From Octopus sinensis (taxonomy: Eukaryota), in contig NC_043019.1 in assembly GCF_006345805.1 (NCBI RefSeq), forward strand, positions 32,177,360-32,241,359: a DNA stretch of 64,000 nucleotides. The letters are read 5' to 3'. The notes beneath the pieces are model-generated. The model was not told where the DNA came from and searched no databases. It saw nothing but the letters and a program-made list of their open reading frames with translations. Shown piece by piece: positions 50,813 through 63,668 of this stretch. Numbering within the stretch: the stretch's first letter is position 1; each line of letters opens with the position of its first letter. Position numbers and translations under genes: made by a program.

Positions 50813-52293
50813 GAAAATAAAAATAAGAAATAAGTGGAAATTTTACCAGTTTGTGTGTTAAATTATAAGGCACAAAAAGAGTCTCCCCAGACACAACAGA
50901 ATATGCTTCAACACACGAACTCATATAAAGAATCTTGCAAACCAAATCCAAAAACGAAATATGTTACCATATTTCAACAGAAATATGGTAGCAAAAGCGT
51001 TAAGCTAATCAGGTGTACTTTGAGGGAAATTTAGTTACTACTTCATTACCATCATCATTTAACATCCACCACCCATACTGGTCTGGGTTGAATGGTTTGA
51101 CAGGAGCTAGTGAGCCAGTGGACCGCTCCATGCTTCTGTGTCTGTTTTGGCATGGTTTTTATGACTGGATGCTCTTCCTAACACCAACCACCCCATAGAG
51201 AGAACTGAGTGCTTTTTATGTGGCACCAGCACAGGCGAGGTCAGTTTTGGTGTAATTTTCTAGTTTTCACAGCTGGTTGCCCTTCCAAATGCCAACCAAT
51301 TTACAGTGTGGACTGGATGCTTTTTACGTGGCACCAGCACTGACAGGGTCACCAAGTAACTTGCAAGACGAGGAATTATGAGAGGGGAAGGGTTATTGGC
51401 AAAGGTGATTTTGTATCAGATAATGAGTGGTTATAGTGTGACAGAGAGACAGAAACAGGTGTCTTCCTGTAGAGGAGGTACATAGCTCTCTCTTCTTCTT
51501 GGCATTCTCCTTTGATAAGGAGAGGGTCATTTCATCTTGTGGAACTAAAGTTAAGCTCTTTTGATTCCATTTGTTTCTCATGAAATCTCTTTTGGTTTTG
51601 GCTTAAATTTACTTAATGTATTTGCTTTACACATCTTTGTTATTCATATTACAGCTATTATAATTAACTGGAGTTTCGTTATTAGTGACAGAAGTAGTAT
51701 TTGTTTAAATTAGTTAGTTGTATATCATACTCAATGCATACACAGGCTTACCTCAACTTAGCTTTATTGACTTTCATCTTCAGTCAACTTAGCTTTATTG
51801 ATTTCATCTTCAGTCAATTTATCCTGTTTTACATCAATCTCGGTGATTATATTTAAAAACATAAGAATTTTAAAAAACCAATACTGAAGGGGAAATCGAA
51901 TGAAATACTCGTGGAATTATATACAAGTCATTTATTAAAACTGATCATCATCATCATCATCGCCATTTCACTTTCATTTTCCATGCTGGCATGGGTTGGA
52001 CAGTTTGACAGAAGCTAGCCAGTTGAAGTGCTGCCCAGGTCCCATGTCTGTTTTGGCATACCTTTCTACTGCTGGATGCTCTTCCAAGCACCAAGGTATA
52101 AGCTAGTACATTTTTTTAAAGACGTTTTCTTTTCCATCTTACATCATTTTGCATGTCTTGGAACCAATTACCAACATAAGTTGAGGTATCTCTGTCTGTC
52201 TGTCCACCGTTGAAATCCTTTTAAACTGTGAGCAGTATGTAGGTTCTAAGTATCATATGCAAATTGTTGATGATTAACTGACTCACTTTTCTT

Positions 52294-52868
52294 ATTTCTT
52301 TATTGCCCACAAGGGGACAGACAAAAGGATTAAGTCGATTACATCGACCCCAGTGCATAACTGGTACTTTATTTATTGACCCCAAAAGGATGAAAGGCAA
52401 AGTCGACCTCGGCGGAATTTGAACTCAGAACGTAACAGCAGACGAAATACCTATTTCTTTATTACCCACAAGGGGCTAAACACAGAGGGGACAAACAAGG
52501 ACAGACAAAGGGATTAAGTCGATTACATCGACCCCAGTGCATAACTGGTACTTTATTTATTGACCCCAAAAGGATGAAAGGCAAAGTCGACCTCGGCGGA
52601 ATTTGAACTCAGAACGTAACAGCAGACGAAATACCTATTTCTTTATTACCCACAAGGGGCTAAACACAGAGGGGACAAACAAGGACAGACAAAGGGATTA
52701 AGTCGATTACATCGACCCCAGTGCATAACTGGTACTTTGTTTATTGACCCCAATAGGGTGAAAGGCAAAGTCGACCTCGGCAGAATTTGAACTCAGAACA
52801 TAACAGCAGGCGAAATACCGCTAAGCATTTCGCCCGGCGTGCTAACGTTTCTGCCAGCTCGCCGCCTT
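52294..52868 (-). mobile_element. SINE family B with triplicated body (trimer)
   Basis: 184-bp period (52454, 52638); same junction as the dimer at 31376. Confidence 0.9.
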
Positions 52869-53189
52869 AACTGATTCATGTTTCTCTGACACTCTAACCA
52901 CTAAGTCACGTACCTATATATATGTATTATATAGGTTAATAATTAAATTATATAAAAAAAAAGTAAAGGCCCCCTTTACTGCTGTTGTTGTTGTTGTTAA
53001 GCAACAAGACGGGTAAGGGTGAATAGGTGATGGTCTAGGGCTTAGGGGCGGGAGACCCCAGACCTTGGCGAAAAATAAAACTTTGGTCGTCTTGTTATAG
53101 TCGAGGGCTCTTCGTTGACACCCGACACCACTGGGAGGTGGCCCTTGAAGTCGCTGGAAATGGAGATCTCCAGGTCCAAATTCTTGAAT

Positions 53190-54159
53190 GGCTGCTGCTA
53201 CTACTACAACTGAGACTACCGGTACTACCACTAATTGTTACCACCATGACAACCACTTGCTGTTCTCACCACTACCACTACAACCCACAGCTACACTGTC
53301 GCCACAACCACCACTATTTCCACTCCGGCCACTTCTGATACTACAAACGCCACAACCACCACTGCTACCTGTACTATGACTACCACTAACACTACAACCA
53401 CAACCACCATGCAACTACTACTACTACTACCACTTCTACACTGGTACTATATAACTACTATTACCGCCACTATTACTAACCTCACAACCATGCAACTGCA
53501 ACCACCACCACTACTACTACTACCCTCACAACTATGCAGCTATTAGCACTACCACCACCACCACCACTAATCTCACAACCATGCCACTACTCAACTATTA
53601 CCACTGCCACCACCACCACCACCACCATTACTGCTACTAGCCTCACAACCATGCAACTATTACCAGTGCCAACACTACTGCTACTACTACTACTACTACC
53701 ACTACTACAATACTCACAACCCTGCGACTACTACCGCCGCCACCACCACAACTACCGCTTCTACTACTACTACTACAAACCTCACAACCCTGCAGCTACT
53801 ACCGCCACCACCACCACAACTACCGCTTCTACTACTACTACTACAAACCTCACAACCCTGCGACTACTACCGCCGCCACCACCACAACTACCGCTTCTAC
53901 TACTACTACTACAAACCTCACAACCCTGCAGCTACTACCGCCGCCACCACCACAACTACCGCTTCTACTACTACTACTACAAACCTCACAACCCTGCAGC
54001 TACTACCGCCACCACCACCACAACTACCGCTTCTACTACTACTACTACTACAAACCTCACAACCCTGCAGCTACTACCGCCACCACCACCACAACTACCG
54101 CTTCTACTACTACTACTACTACAAACCTCACAACCCTGCAACTACTACCGCCACCACCG

Positions 54160-54195
<36 letters not shown>

Positions 54196-54197
54196 TT
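53190..54197. repeat. ACT/ACC-rich simple repeat with about 65-71-bp higher-order unit (AAACCTCACAACCCTGCAG anchor)
   Basis: Unit length is not a multiple of 3; translation cycles through all three frames. Confidence 0.9.
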
Positions 54198-54579
54198 TGT
54201 TAACACTTGTTGTTGTTAATTAAGGAGTTTTTGCTTTCGGAAATGGCAGCAGGGAAGTCGCAATTTGCCGTTTTTCGCAAATGCCACTGACTGCAGCCGG
54301 GCTTGCATCTGCGACGACTGTTGGTGTTGCAGGTTTGCATTATTGCAGCAGCAAGTTGGAGTTCGGTGGCGGTGATGGTGGTGGTGGTGGTGATGGTGAT
54401 GCAGATGCAGGTGGGAAGAGTGCGGTGGGGGGGGGTGCGGGGGGGGCACAGGTGAGGGGGGGTGTTTTTTTTTTGTTTTTTTGCAAGCAACTCTTGTTGG
54501 TGGTGGTGGTGGTGGTGATGGTGATGCAGGTGGGAAGAGTGCGGCGGCGGGGCGGGGTGTAGCACAGGTGAGGGTGGGT

Positions 54580-54616
<37 letters not shown>

Positions 54617-54799
54617 TGCAAGCAACTCTTGTTGCATGCAAGCTATTCTTTCTCGCCATTGTGTGTAATAATCTGTAAGGTTGCCATGGTAATAGTGGAT
54701 GTTAGTTAGTTGATGATGAGGCGAAGGAGAGGAGGAGGAGGAGGATCGCAGTGGCAGCAAGAGGGATGGTCTGTTGGAGAGGGAACTATCTGACAATAC

Positions 54800-54840
<41 letters not shown>

Positions 54841-54907
54841 CCAGGCTTTGTTTTCAATCTTATAATAATAATAATAATAATAATAATGATAATAATTAAT
54901 GATGATT

Positions 54908-55123
54908 TATTCTTTTACTTGTTTCCGTCAATTGACTGTGGCCGTGCTGGAGCACCGCCTTCAGTCGAACAAATCAACCCCAGGAATTATTCTTTGTAAG
55001 CCTAGTACTTATTCTATCAATTTCTTTTGGCGAACTGCTAACTTACAGGGACATAAACACACCAGCATCGGTTGTCAAGCGATGTTGGGGGGGACAAACA
55101 CAGACACACACTCACACGAACAT

Positions 55124-55158
<35 letters not shown>

Positions 55159-55250
55159 CGACAGGCTTCTTTCAGTTTCCATATACCTAATCCACTCACA
55201 AGGCTTTGGTCGGCCCAAGGCTACAGTAGAAGACTCTTGCCCAAGGTGCC
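54908..55250 (-). mobile_element. SINE family A
   Basis: Family A consensus, reverse strand. Confidence 0.75.
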
Positions 55251-55489
55251 ATGATAATAATAATAAAATAATAATAATAATAATCCTTTCTACTATAGGC
55301 ACAAGGCCTGAAATTTTGGGGGAGGGGGCAGTCGATTAGATCGACCCCAGTATGCAACTGGTACTTAATTTATTTACCGCAAATAATGATGATAATAATA
55401 ATTAATGATAATGATAATAATAACAATGAGGATAATAACTTTGTTCTACCTCTTGAGCCTTCACTCTTCTCTCTCTCACACACACACAA

Positions 55490-55522
<33 letters not shown>

Positions 55523-55604
55523 CAATTATACATACATGCACCCCCACCCACACATGCACACACAATATTGATTACTATTGTCAGCCGGCTACACTAATTT
55601 AAAA

Positions 55605-56228
55605 GTAATAGTAGCAGTAGCAGCAGTGGTAGTATTGTTTCTTAGTTTTTGTAGCAGGGTTTATGGTGGTGGTGGTAGCACCAGTGGTAGCAATAGTACT
55701 GATAGTTGTCTATGTTGTGGTTGTGGTGGTGGTGGTAGTAGTAGTTGGGTCCTGGTGATAATGGTAGTGGTGGTGCTTGTATTTTTATAGCAGTGATGGT
55801 GGTTGTTGTTGTTGTTAAGGTGGTAGTAGTAGTGGTGGTGTGATTGTTGTTGTCAAGGTAGCAAGTAGTGCTGGTAATAAGAGTAGTGCTTGTAGTAGTA
55901 GTGGTTGTGGTGGTAAGCCATTGCTGAAAAGAATGTGTATTATCTACGGTGACCTGGGGATGGTTGATGGTTGTGGTGGTGGTAGTAGTTGTGGCAGTGG
56001 AGGTTGCAGTTTGTGGTGGTTGTAGTTGGGGGGTGGTTGTGATGGTGGTAATTGTGCCAGTGGTGGTTGTGGTAGTAGTAGTGATAATGGATATTGCAGT
56101 TGGTGGTGGTGGTGGTGGTAATAGTCGTGACAGTAGAGGTTGCAGTTGGGGGTGGTGGTATGAACTGAAGCTAACCATAATGATGATTGTTGTGATGATG
56201 GCAGCAGTGGTGCTGATGTTGGTAGTTT
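55605..56228. repeat. GGT/AGT/GTT low-complexity trinucleotide field
   Basis: Directly visible. Confidence 0.85.
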
Positions 56229-56370
56229 AACTTTAGGTAGATCCTGTCTAAACAGACCAAACCTGTGATCAAAAGCCTTCCAGCTGTGATCATCTCATCT
56301 TATTTTCAATGTAAGGAACCTGGAAAGGGCAACATCCAATGAGTTCCTTTTCTTTTTGGCTTTTATTTAA

Positions 56371-57303
56371 CCCTACCGGCCATATCCGGCCCAAATATTC
56401 AACTTGTTTATGCTCTAACCAGCTAGATCCGACCTCTCACACCTACCCTACAATGTCATTCTAAAAGTATACAATCATAGGCGCAGGAGTGGCTGTGTGG
56501 TAGGTAGCTTGTTTACCAACCACATGGTTCCAGGTTCAGTCCCACTGCGTGGCACCTTGGGCAAGTGTCTTCTACTATAGCCTCGGGCCGACCAAAGCCT
56601 TGTGAGTGGATTTGGTAGACGGAAACTGAAAGAAGCCTGTCGTATATATGTATATATATGTGTGTATATGTTTGTGTGTCTGTGTTTGTCCCCCTAGCAT
56701 TGCTTGACAACCGATGCTGGTGTGTTTACGTCCCCGTCACTTAGCGGTTCGGCAAAAGAGACTGATAGAATAAGTACTGAGCTTACAAAGAATAAGTCCC
56801 GGGGTCGAGTTGCTCGATTAAAGGTGGTGCTCCAGCATGGCCGCAGTCAAATGACTGTAACAAGTAAAAAAAAAAAAAAATCATATCAAAATTTCGAAGC
56901 TATCAGATAATGCATGATTAATTCAAAACAATGTGAATAAATAAAGGCGCATGGATCATGGTAAGCGCATCAGGCTCACAGTCATGAAGTAGTGAGTTCA
57001 ATTCCTGGACCAGGCTATGTGTTGTGTTCTTGAGCAAGACACTTTATTTCACGTTCCTCCAGTTCACTCATCTGTAGAAATGAGTTGCGACGTCACAGGT
57101 GCCAAGCAGTATCGGCCCCTTTGCCTTTCTTTGGATAATATCAGGAATGGAGAGAGGAGGCTGGTATGCATGGGCGACTGCTGGTCTTCCATTAACAACC
57201 TTGCCCGGACTTGTGCCTCAGACTAGGTGCAATCCAATGGTCCTTCATGACCGAAGGGATTCTTTACCCTTACATTTGACAGAATAATCTGAATGCTAAA
57301 GTG
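56371..57303. mobile_element. piggyBac-like MITE split by a family A SINE (56480-56880) and a family E SINE (56945-57272)
   Basis: Three colinear MITE segments: TTAA-CCCTA..., ...gataatgcatgattaattc..., ...gaatgctaaagtg. Confidence 0.7.
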
Positions 57304-58849
57304 TTAGAGACAGTAGAATGCAATTCGAGGTAAATTTCACTTCTAATTCTAGCTGATCATGTGACCACATAATAGCTCCTTTTTTTATGGTTCATGGTGT
57401 TATTGGTTGTTGGAGTTGTAGAAATTCACCATTCTGTTCTGTGGTTCAGCTGGGGCAGCAACAAGTGGGCCAATGAGGCACTCGTTGTGGGTCTCAGATC
57501 TTTTCTAAGAATCTTTACCGTTCACTTGTGTTAGTCATTGGACTGGGGCCATCCTGGGGCACTGCTTTGAAGGATTTTTAGTCAACCACATCGATCCCAG
57601 TAATCAGTGGTGAGGGACAAAGACACACGTACACACACAATCTTTTAATCTTTTACTTGTTTCAGTCATTGGATTTTGGCCATGCTGGGGCACCACCTCA
57701 AGGAATTTTATTGACCACAGCACTTATTTTCTTTTTAAGACCAATTCTTGTACTTATTCCATCAGTTCCATTTGCCAGACCACTTAGTCATATTTATGTA
57801 AACACACCAACACCGGTTGTCAATCGATGGTGGGAGACAAACAAAGACACAGACACACATATATACATGTATATATATATTACATTCTATATAAATTCCC
57901 TACTGGGAATGACCAACTTTAAGAGAATCTTACATTGCTTCTAAACTTTACATCTGGATGGACTCATATAAAACTCTGTTGGACTTTTGGATTTTACTAA
58001 AAGGATATTGGAATATTGCATATTATACCATTATGCCTATAAAACGGATTTACAAATTCAATACCCATACATATCTTACATCTATTTTCTTTCCTCCACT
58101 TCACTCTCTATATGTATCACATCGAAACTAACTATGACTTAATTTTTCCTCTCACACCGACTCCGATGAAGGAATATTATTATTAATTAATATTTTAGAA
58201 ATAGCTGTAAGACCTTCTATCTATAAATGCTCTAATATCTATACAGCCTTGGGTTTTTTTTATCTCATTACGCAAAAAATTCATGTATATATATTATCAT
58301 TTAATGTCCATTTTCCATGCTGGCCTGGGTTAGATTGTTTGACTGGAACTGGTAAACTTGAGAGCTGCACCAGGTTCCACACTGATTTGGCTTGGTTTCT
58401 ACAGCTAGATGCCCTTCCTAACACCAACCACTACAAGATTGTAAAAAGATGTTTTTTACACGTCACCGGTGACAACTACATCTATGGCTTCACAGATGCC
58501 ATTGACATAACACTGGCAATGGTAAATGAACACACACACACTTTGGGCTTCTTTCAATTTCTGTCTACCAAATTCACTCACAAGGTTTTGGCCCGCCTGA
58601 GGGCTATAGTAGAGAATACCTCCCCAAGATGTCACACAGTGGGGCTGAACCCAGAACCATGTGGTTGGGAAGCATACAAAATTTTGACGTATGTATGCAT
58701 TACCAATGATGTGAATACTCTTACTTGTTTCAGTCATTTGAATACAATTATAAAAATCTTAATATAAATTATTGAAATCATTAAAATCATTCTTACAGCT
58801 GTTTCTGCCTATGGATAAAAGTAGTTTTTTTCCCATATATATATATATA

Positions 58850-58903
<54 letters not shown>

Positions 58904-58991
58904 GAGAGTTTACGAAAAAAACAAAAGACGAAGACAGGTGGTGTACGAAACAAACAGATGTATTAGTATAACGCTCAGGAATATAAAAAGT

Positions 58992-59023
58992 CTTTAACGT
59001 TTCGAGCTTACGCTCTTCTACAG
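58992..59023 (-). ncRNA. Hammerhead-like motif, CUGUAGA family, in a Penelope-like fragment (58900-59023)
   Basis: Minus strand CTGTAGA-A-GAGC gtaa GCTC-GAAA-CG-TT-AAAG; element truncated just 5' of the core. Confidence 0.5.
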
Positions 59024-59922
59024 ATATATATATCTGTGTGTGCTTGTGTCTCATCACTGCTTGACAAGCGGTGTTGGTATAGTTACGTTTCTGTAACTTA
59101 GTGGTTCAGCAAAAGAGGCTGATAAAATAAATACTAGGCTTACAAAGAATAAGTCCTAGGATCGACTTCTTTAACTAAAAAGTCCTTCAAGGCGGTGTGA
59201 AATGTCCTTCAAGTCAGTGCTCCAGCATGGCTGCTGTCAAATGACTGAAACGTGTAAAAGAATAGAAGACTACATTACTTATACCATATCTTTTTTTCTG
59301 CTAGACTTCATATCAGTGTGCTTCCTCTACTACCTATTTGTCTTCAGAGTCCATTACCATTCTGTAAAAGTTGTTGTTTTCCTTGTAGCGCTATTGATCA
59401 CACAACTGGAATACTCATGCATCAAAGCTGACACAGAATCTATTTACTTACATGCATATGTGTGAATAAAGGATAAATATGTGTTTATTAACCGGAGCAA
59501 GCTCACAGGTTCAATTCCCAGCTGGCCTCTTAACAGTTTCATTATTATTATTATTATTATTATATTATTATTATTGTTATCATCATCATCATCATCATCA
59601 TCATTATTATCATCATCATTATTATTATTATTATTATTATTTATTTTATATGTTTTTCTTCTCTCTTATGTTTATGCGTATGTTCATAGAAATACATGGG
59701 TCGGGGTGGAACATTTTTGTATATCCTTGTATACCTTTGTGCATTGGTGCGTGTGTGTTTGTGTGTGGTATTGCTGTGTTTACATTTGTTTACAATCAGT
59801 TCAAGGGCAAGAAACAAATCTTGATTCTATCAATCTCTTCTTCTTCCCTTCGTAGGTTTGGGGTGGGTGCTTTTGATGCTTGTGTGAAATTTGAAAGCTT
59901 ATTACCATCAATATCATACACA

Positions 59923-59962
<40 letters not shown>

Positions 59963-60792
59963 CTCTCTCAGGCAAACATGCACACGTTGGTATGTTGGTC
60001 TCTCTCTCTGCCTCTTTCTCTCTCTCTCACCATGTATGTGCACATATGCGTATTTGAATTTACTGCCAAGGAAAATGTACTCAGTACATGTGATAGAGTA
60101 TATTCATTTATTCAAAACGATGTTGTTTTTGCATAGTTATATTTATAACTGAAACTTTTTCCTTTCAACTTTTGTACCTCGCCAGTAACTTGAAGAGTCT
60201 TTGTGATGTGAAAGTGGTGTGCATATCTACACGTCATATATATATATATATATATGTGTGTATGTGTGTGTATTTATCTCCAACTTAAAGTGGATGTTGT
60301 GTTAGAACCCAGAATACTGCATTATTTACCTCAATAATGTGTGTGTGTGTGTGCATATACTGAGTGTGCTCAACAACTAATTGGTGCTATGACCAATATC
60401 TATGTGAAGGAAATATACACAGATGCAATTTGCCATAGGGACTGGTAAATCCAACATTTTGGTTGGTTATTCTTCAGGACTAAATTGAAAGGGTGGAAAA
60501 AAAAATAATGTGAAACAGCAGTTTTACATCCTCTAAGTTTATATAAAAAAAATAGCTGAAAAGACTGGCTGCAACTGATAGGGAACATAGAACCATATAA
60601 GCTTCATACATGAATAAGAAGTGGTAAGGGAAAAGAACACTGTAAGGGGTAGAATAAAAGGGGAATGACTTGGGCAAGTTCACTGTCCTCTTTTTATCAG
60701 TTTTACTATAATATACACACCTTGTTGCCTCAGATCAACACCAGCCTCTTTGGAATTTGTCTGATCACATACATACATATATATATATATAG

Positions 60793-61286
60793 CACCATAT
60801 GAGTGTGACCATTGACAGAGCAACTAACCAGCTTCCGTGCCAGTGGCACTTAAAAGGTACCGTTTGAGTGTGATCATTACCAGCGTCACCTTACTGGCAC
60901 TCAAGCCCCGTGCTAGTAGGGTATTAAGAGCACCATCTGAGCGTGATCATTGCCAGAGCGGCTATCTAGCCTCTGTGCTGGTGGCACGTAAAAGGGCACC
61001 ATTCGAGCGTGATCGTTACCAGCATCGCCTTACTGGCACCTGTGCCAGTGGCATGTGTAAAAGATTTTAGCAAGGTCGTTGCCAGTACCGCCTGACTGGC
61101 CCCGTGCCGGTGGCACGTAAAAGCACCCACTACACTTTTGGAGTGGTTGGCATTAGGAAGGGCATCCAGCTGTAGAAACTCTGCCAGATCAAGATTGGAG
61201 TCTGGTGCAGCCATCTGGTTCGCCAGCCCTCATTCATTCGTCCAACCCATGCTAGCATGGAAAGCGGACATTAAACGATGATGATA
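60793..61286 (+). mobile_element. SINE family C with long repeat array
   Basis: Alternating unit types as at 46310-46778. Confidence 0.8.
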
Positions 61287-61704
61287 TATGCATGCACATC
61301 CATATACATGTGTGTAGTAGCTCTGTTGTTAGATGTGTAATGAACTAGTTTGTTGTATTTGTTTATTCTTTTATGTTACACTGTTTTTTTGTTTCATAAT
61401 CTACAGTAAATCTGTTATGTTACACGACTGTATTACTGCACATCTACCACTCTGTTTGTGTATGTTCCACTGCACATTGCACCTGTTTTCATTTGTCTTA
61501 TGCAGCATCACCTTAGCCAGTTCCACGTGTCTCATGCCTATTGCCATTAGCTACTGCACAGTGCATATTGCACCAGCACCAGCGGTAACACATTTTCTGA
61601 AACCTGCAATGTTATGTCTTTAGATGCTATTCTGTATTAACTTGATAAATGCTTCATATTTAATTGACTCTAGCTCTCCTTTTTAGTTTATTACCTAATT
61701 TTTT

Positions 61705-62370
61705 TAGCCCCCTGGTCATACATCCCATTTGATTTAGTGTTCAGCTTTAGCCATTTTGCTTAATCAGTCCCCACTCATACACCCTATCTGGTCCAGCCCT
61801 TAGTCATACACTGTTTTTGATTCAACCCTTGGTTATACACTCTTTGATTCAGCCTCATGTTATACACTTTGATTCAGCCCCTAGTCATACACCCTACTTG
61901 ATTCAGTATTCAGCCCCTTGTCAAACACCCTACTTGATTCTGTATTCATCCCCTAAGTCATAAGCTGTTTGATTCAGCCCTTAGTCATACACTCTCTTTG
62001 ATTCTGTATTCATCCCCAAGTCATATGCTCTTTGATTCGGCCCTTAGTCATACACCCTGCTTGATTCGATATTCAGCCCCTTGTCATACACTCTACCGGA
62101 GTTAGCCCTTAATTATACATCCTATTTGATTTGGTCCCTCATGATATTTTGTACTCAATTCAATCCCTTATTAATATACTTTGCTTGTTTCATTCCCTAG
62201 TCATGCATTGTATTTGATTGAGCTCTACATGATTTGGGCTCCTAGTTGTACACCCTACTTGAATTAGACCCTAATCATACACTGTTCTTGATTCAGCCCA
62301 TAGAAATGCACTTTACTTGATTTGGCCCCTTGTCATACACCTCTACTTCAATTAACCCCTACACATACAA
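61705..62370. repeat. Degenerate minisatellite, about 29 bp, TTGATTCAGCCCYTAGTCATACACCCTAC
   Basis: About 20 units, some with a TGTATTCA-type insertion. Confidence 0.85.
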
Positions 62371-63257
62371 GTATACTTCAGTTTCTTCAGTTCTGAGACA
62401 CTACTTGGTTAGTGCCTAGCCAGATGCTCTACGTAACATATTACCCCACTGGACCAGACACTCTTATAAGTCAGACATTCTCCATGTTTCAAGAACCTTC
62501 GTCTGACGAATCCCTGTTTCTGTCCATCAGACAAATTCACTTGGCTCCAAGTTCAAACACTCTACTTGCCTGCTCCTCCTCTTTTGTCCAAAATTCCACT
62601 TGAGCCAACTTCTAATCACGGCATAACCAACCATCCACTAAGTAGTCGTCCCCCCCCCCCGCCATCGCCACTCCAAATTCCTGACAATGTCGCCCCTCTT
62701 CTCGATCCTATTCTCCCTAGCACTTATATATTCCATCCAATTTCAAATCTCTGTTCGTGGTGTAAAATTTTTTAATTCAAACCAAAAAAATGAAAATGAA
62801 AATGAAAATGAAATTTTAAAATCCGAGTAAATTCTTTGAAAAAAAAAAATTTAATTATCATAACTGAAATTACTTAATCATAATTTTTTTAAAAACTATT
62901 TTAAAACTATTTTCTTTTGTTTCTTCTCTTCCCTACCTCTACTCCCATTTATTTATTTTTTTTCCAAAACCTTCCCCCCCTGTTCTAAAACAGATATTTC
63001 ACAAACGCACTTCATGCCTACACCCTGAGGTTTGTAACATCTTCTTGTTCTCCTGTTGTAGTTGCTTTTTGTTTTGTTCTTCTTTTTTTTTTTTGGCGGA
63101 GTTGAAGTGTTTTATTTTATTTATTTTTTTTTTGTTGATTATTTTTCCCTTTTGTTTTTATTTTATCTTATTTTATTCACCCCTGAATTTTTTGTTTTTT
63201 AAACAAACATACTTTGCAAGACTTTACTCACTCTCTCCTATAAAGTTCACTTTTCTT

Positions 63258-63276
63258 TTATATATATCTATATATA

Positions 63277-63321
<45 letters not shown>

Positions 63322-63342
63322 TATATATATGTATATATATAT

Positions 63343-63374
<32 letters not shown>

Positions 63375-63396
63375 CATACATACATATACATATATT

Positions 63397-63428
<32 letters not shown>

Positions 63429-63477
63429 TGTGATATATATATATGATATATATATATATATATATGTGTATATAGTG

Positions 63478-63511
<34 letters not shown>

Positions 63512-63539
63512 TATGTGTATATAGATATATATATATATG

Positions 63540-63570
<31 letters not shown>

Positions 63571-63668
63571 ACATACATACATATACATATATTTATATAT
63601 ATATATATATATATATACATACATACATATACATATATATATATATATATAATATATATATATATATT
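63258..63668. repeat. (TA)n microsatellite field
   Basis: Directly visible. Confidence 0.95.

Larger units (their letters stand above)
50626..50961. mobile_element. TSD-flanked foldback element, copy 2 (284-bp hairpin 50622-50905)
   Basis: 10-bp TSD TGTTACCATA at 50616-50625 and 50962-50971; arms 140/134 bp, 10-nt loop. Confidence 0.8.

Noticed and set aside
51755-51815. 30-bp tandem duplication
   Set aside because: Ordinary local slippage
53534-54163. 209-aa mucin-like ORF
   Set aside because: Repeat unit is not a multiple of 3, so the peptide cycles through Thr, Leu/Pro and Tyr/His frames; not typical of a coding repeat
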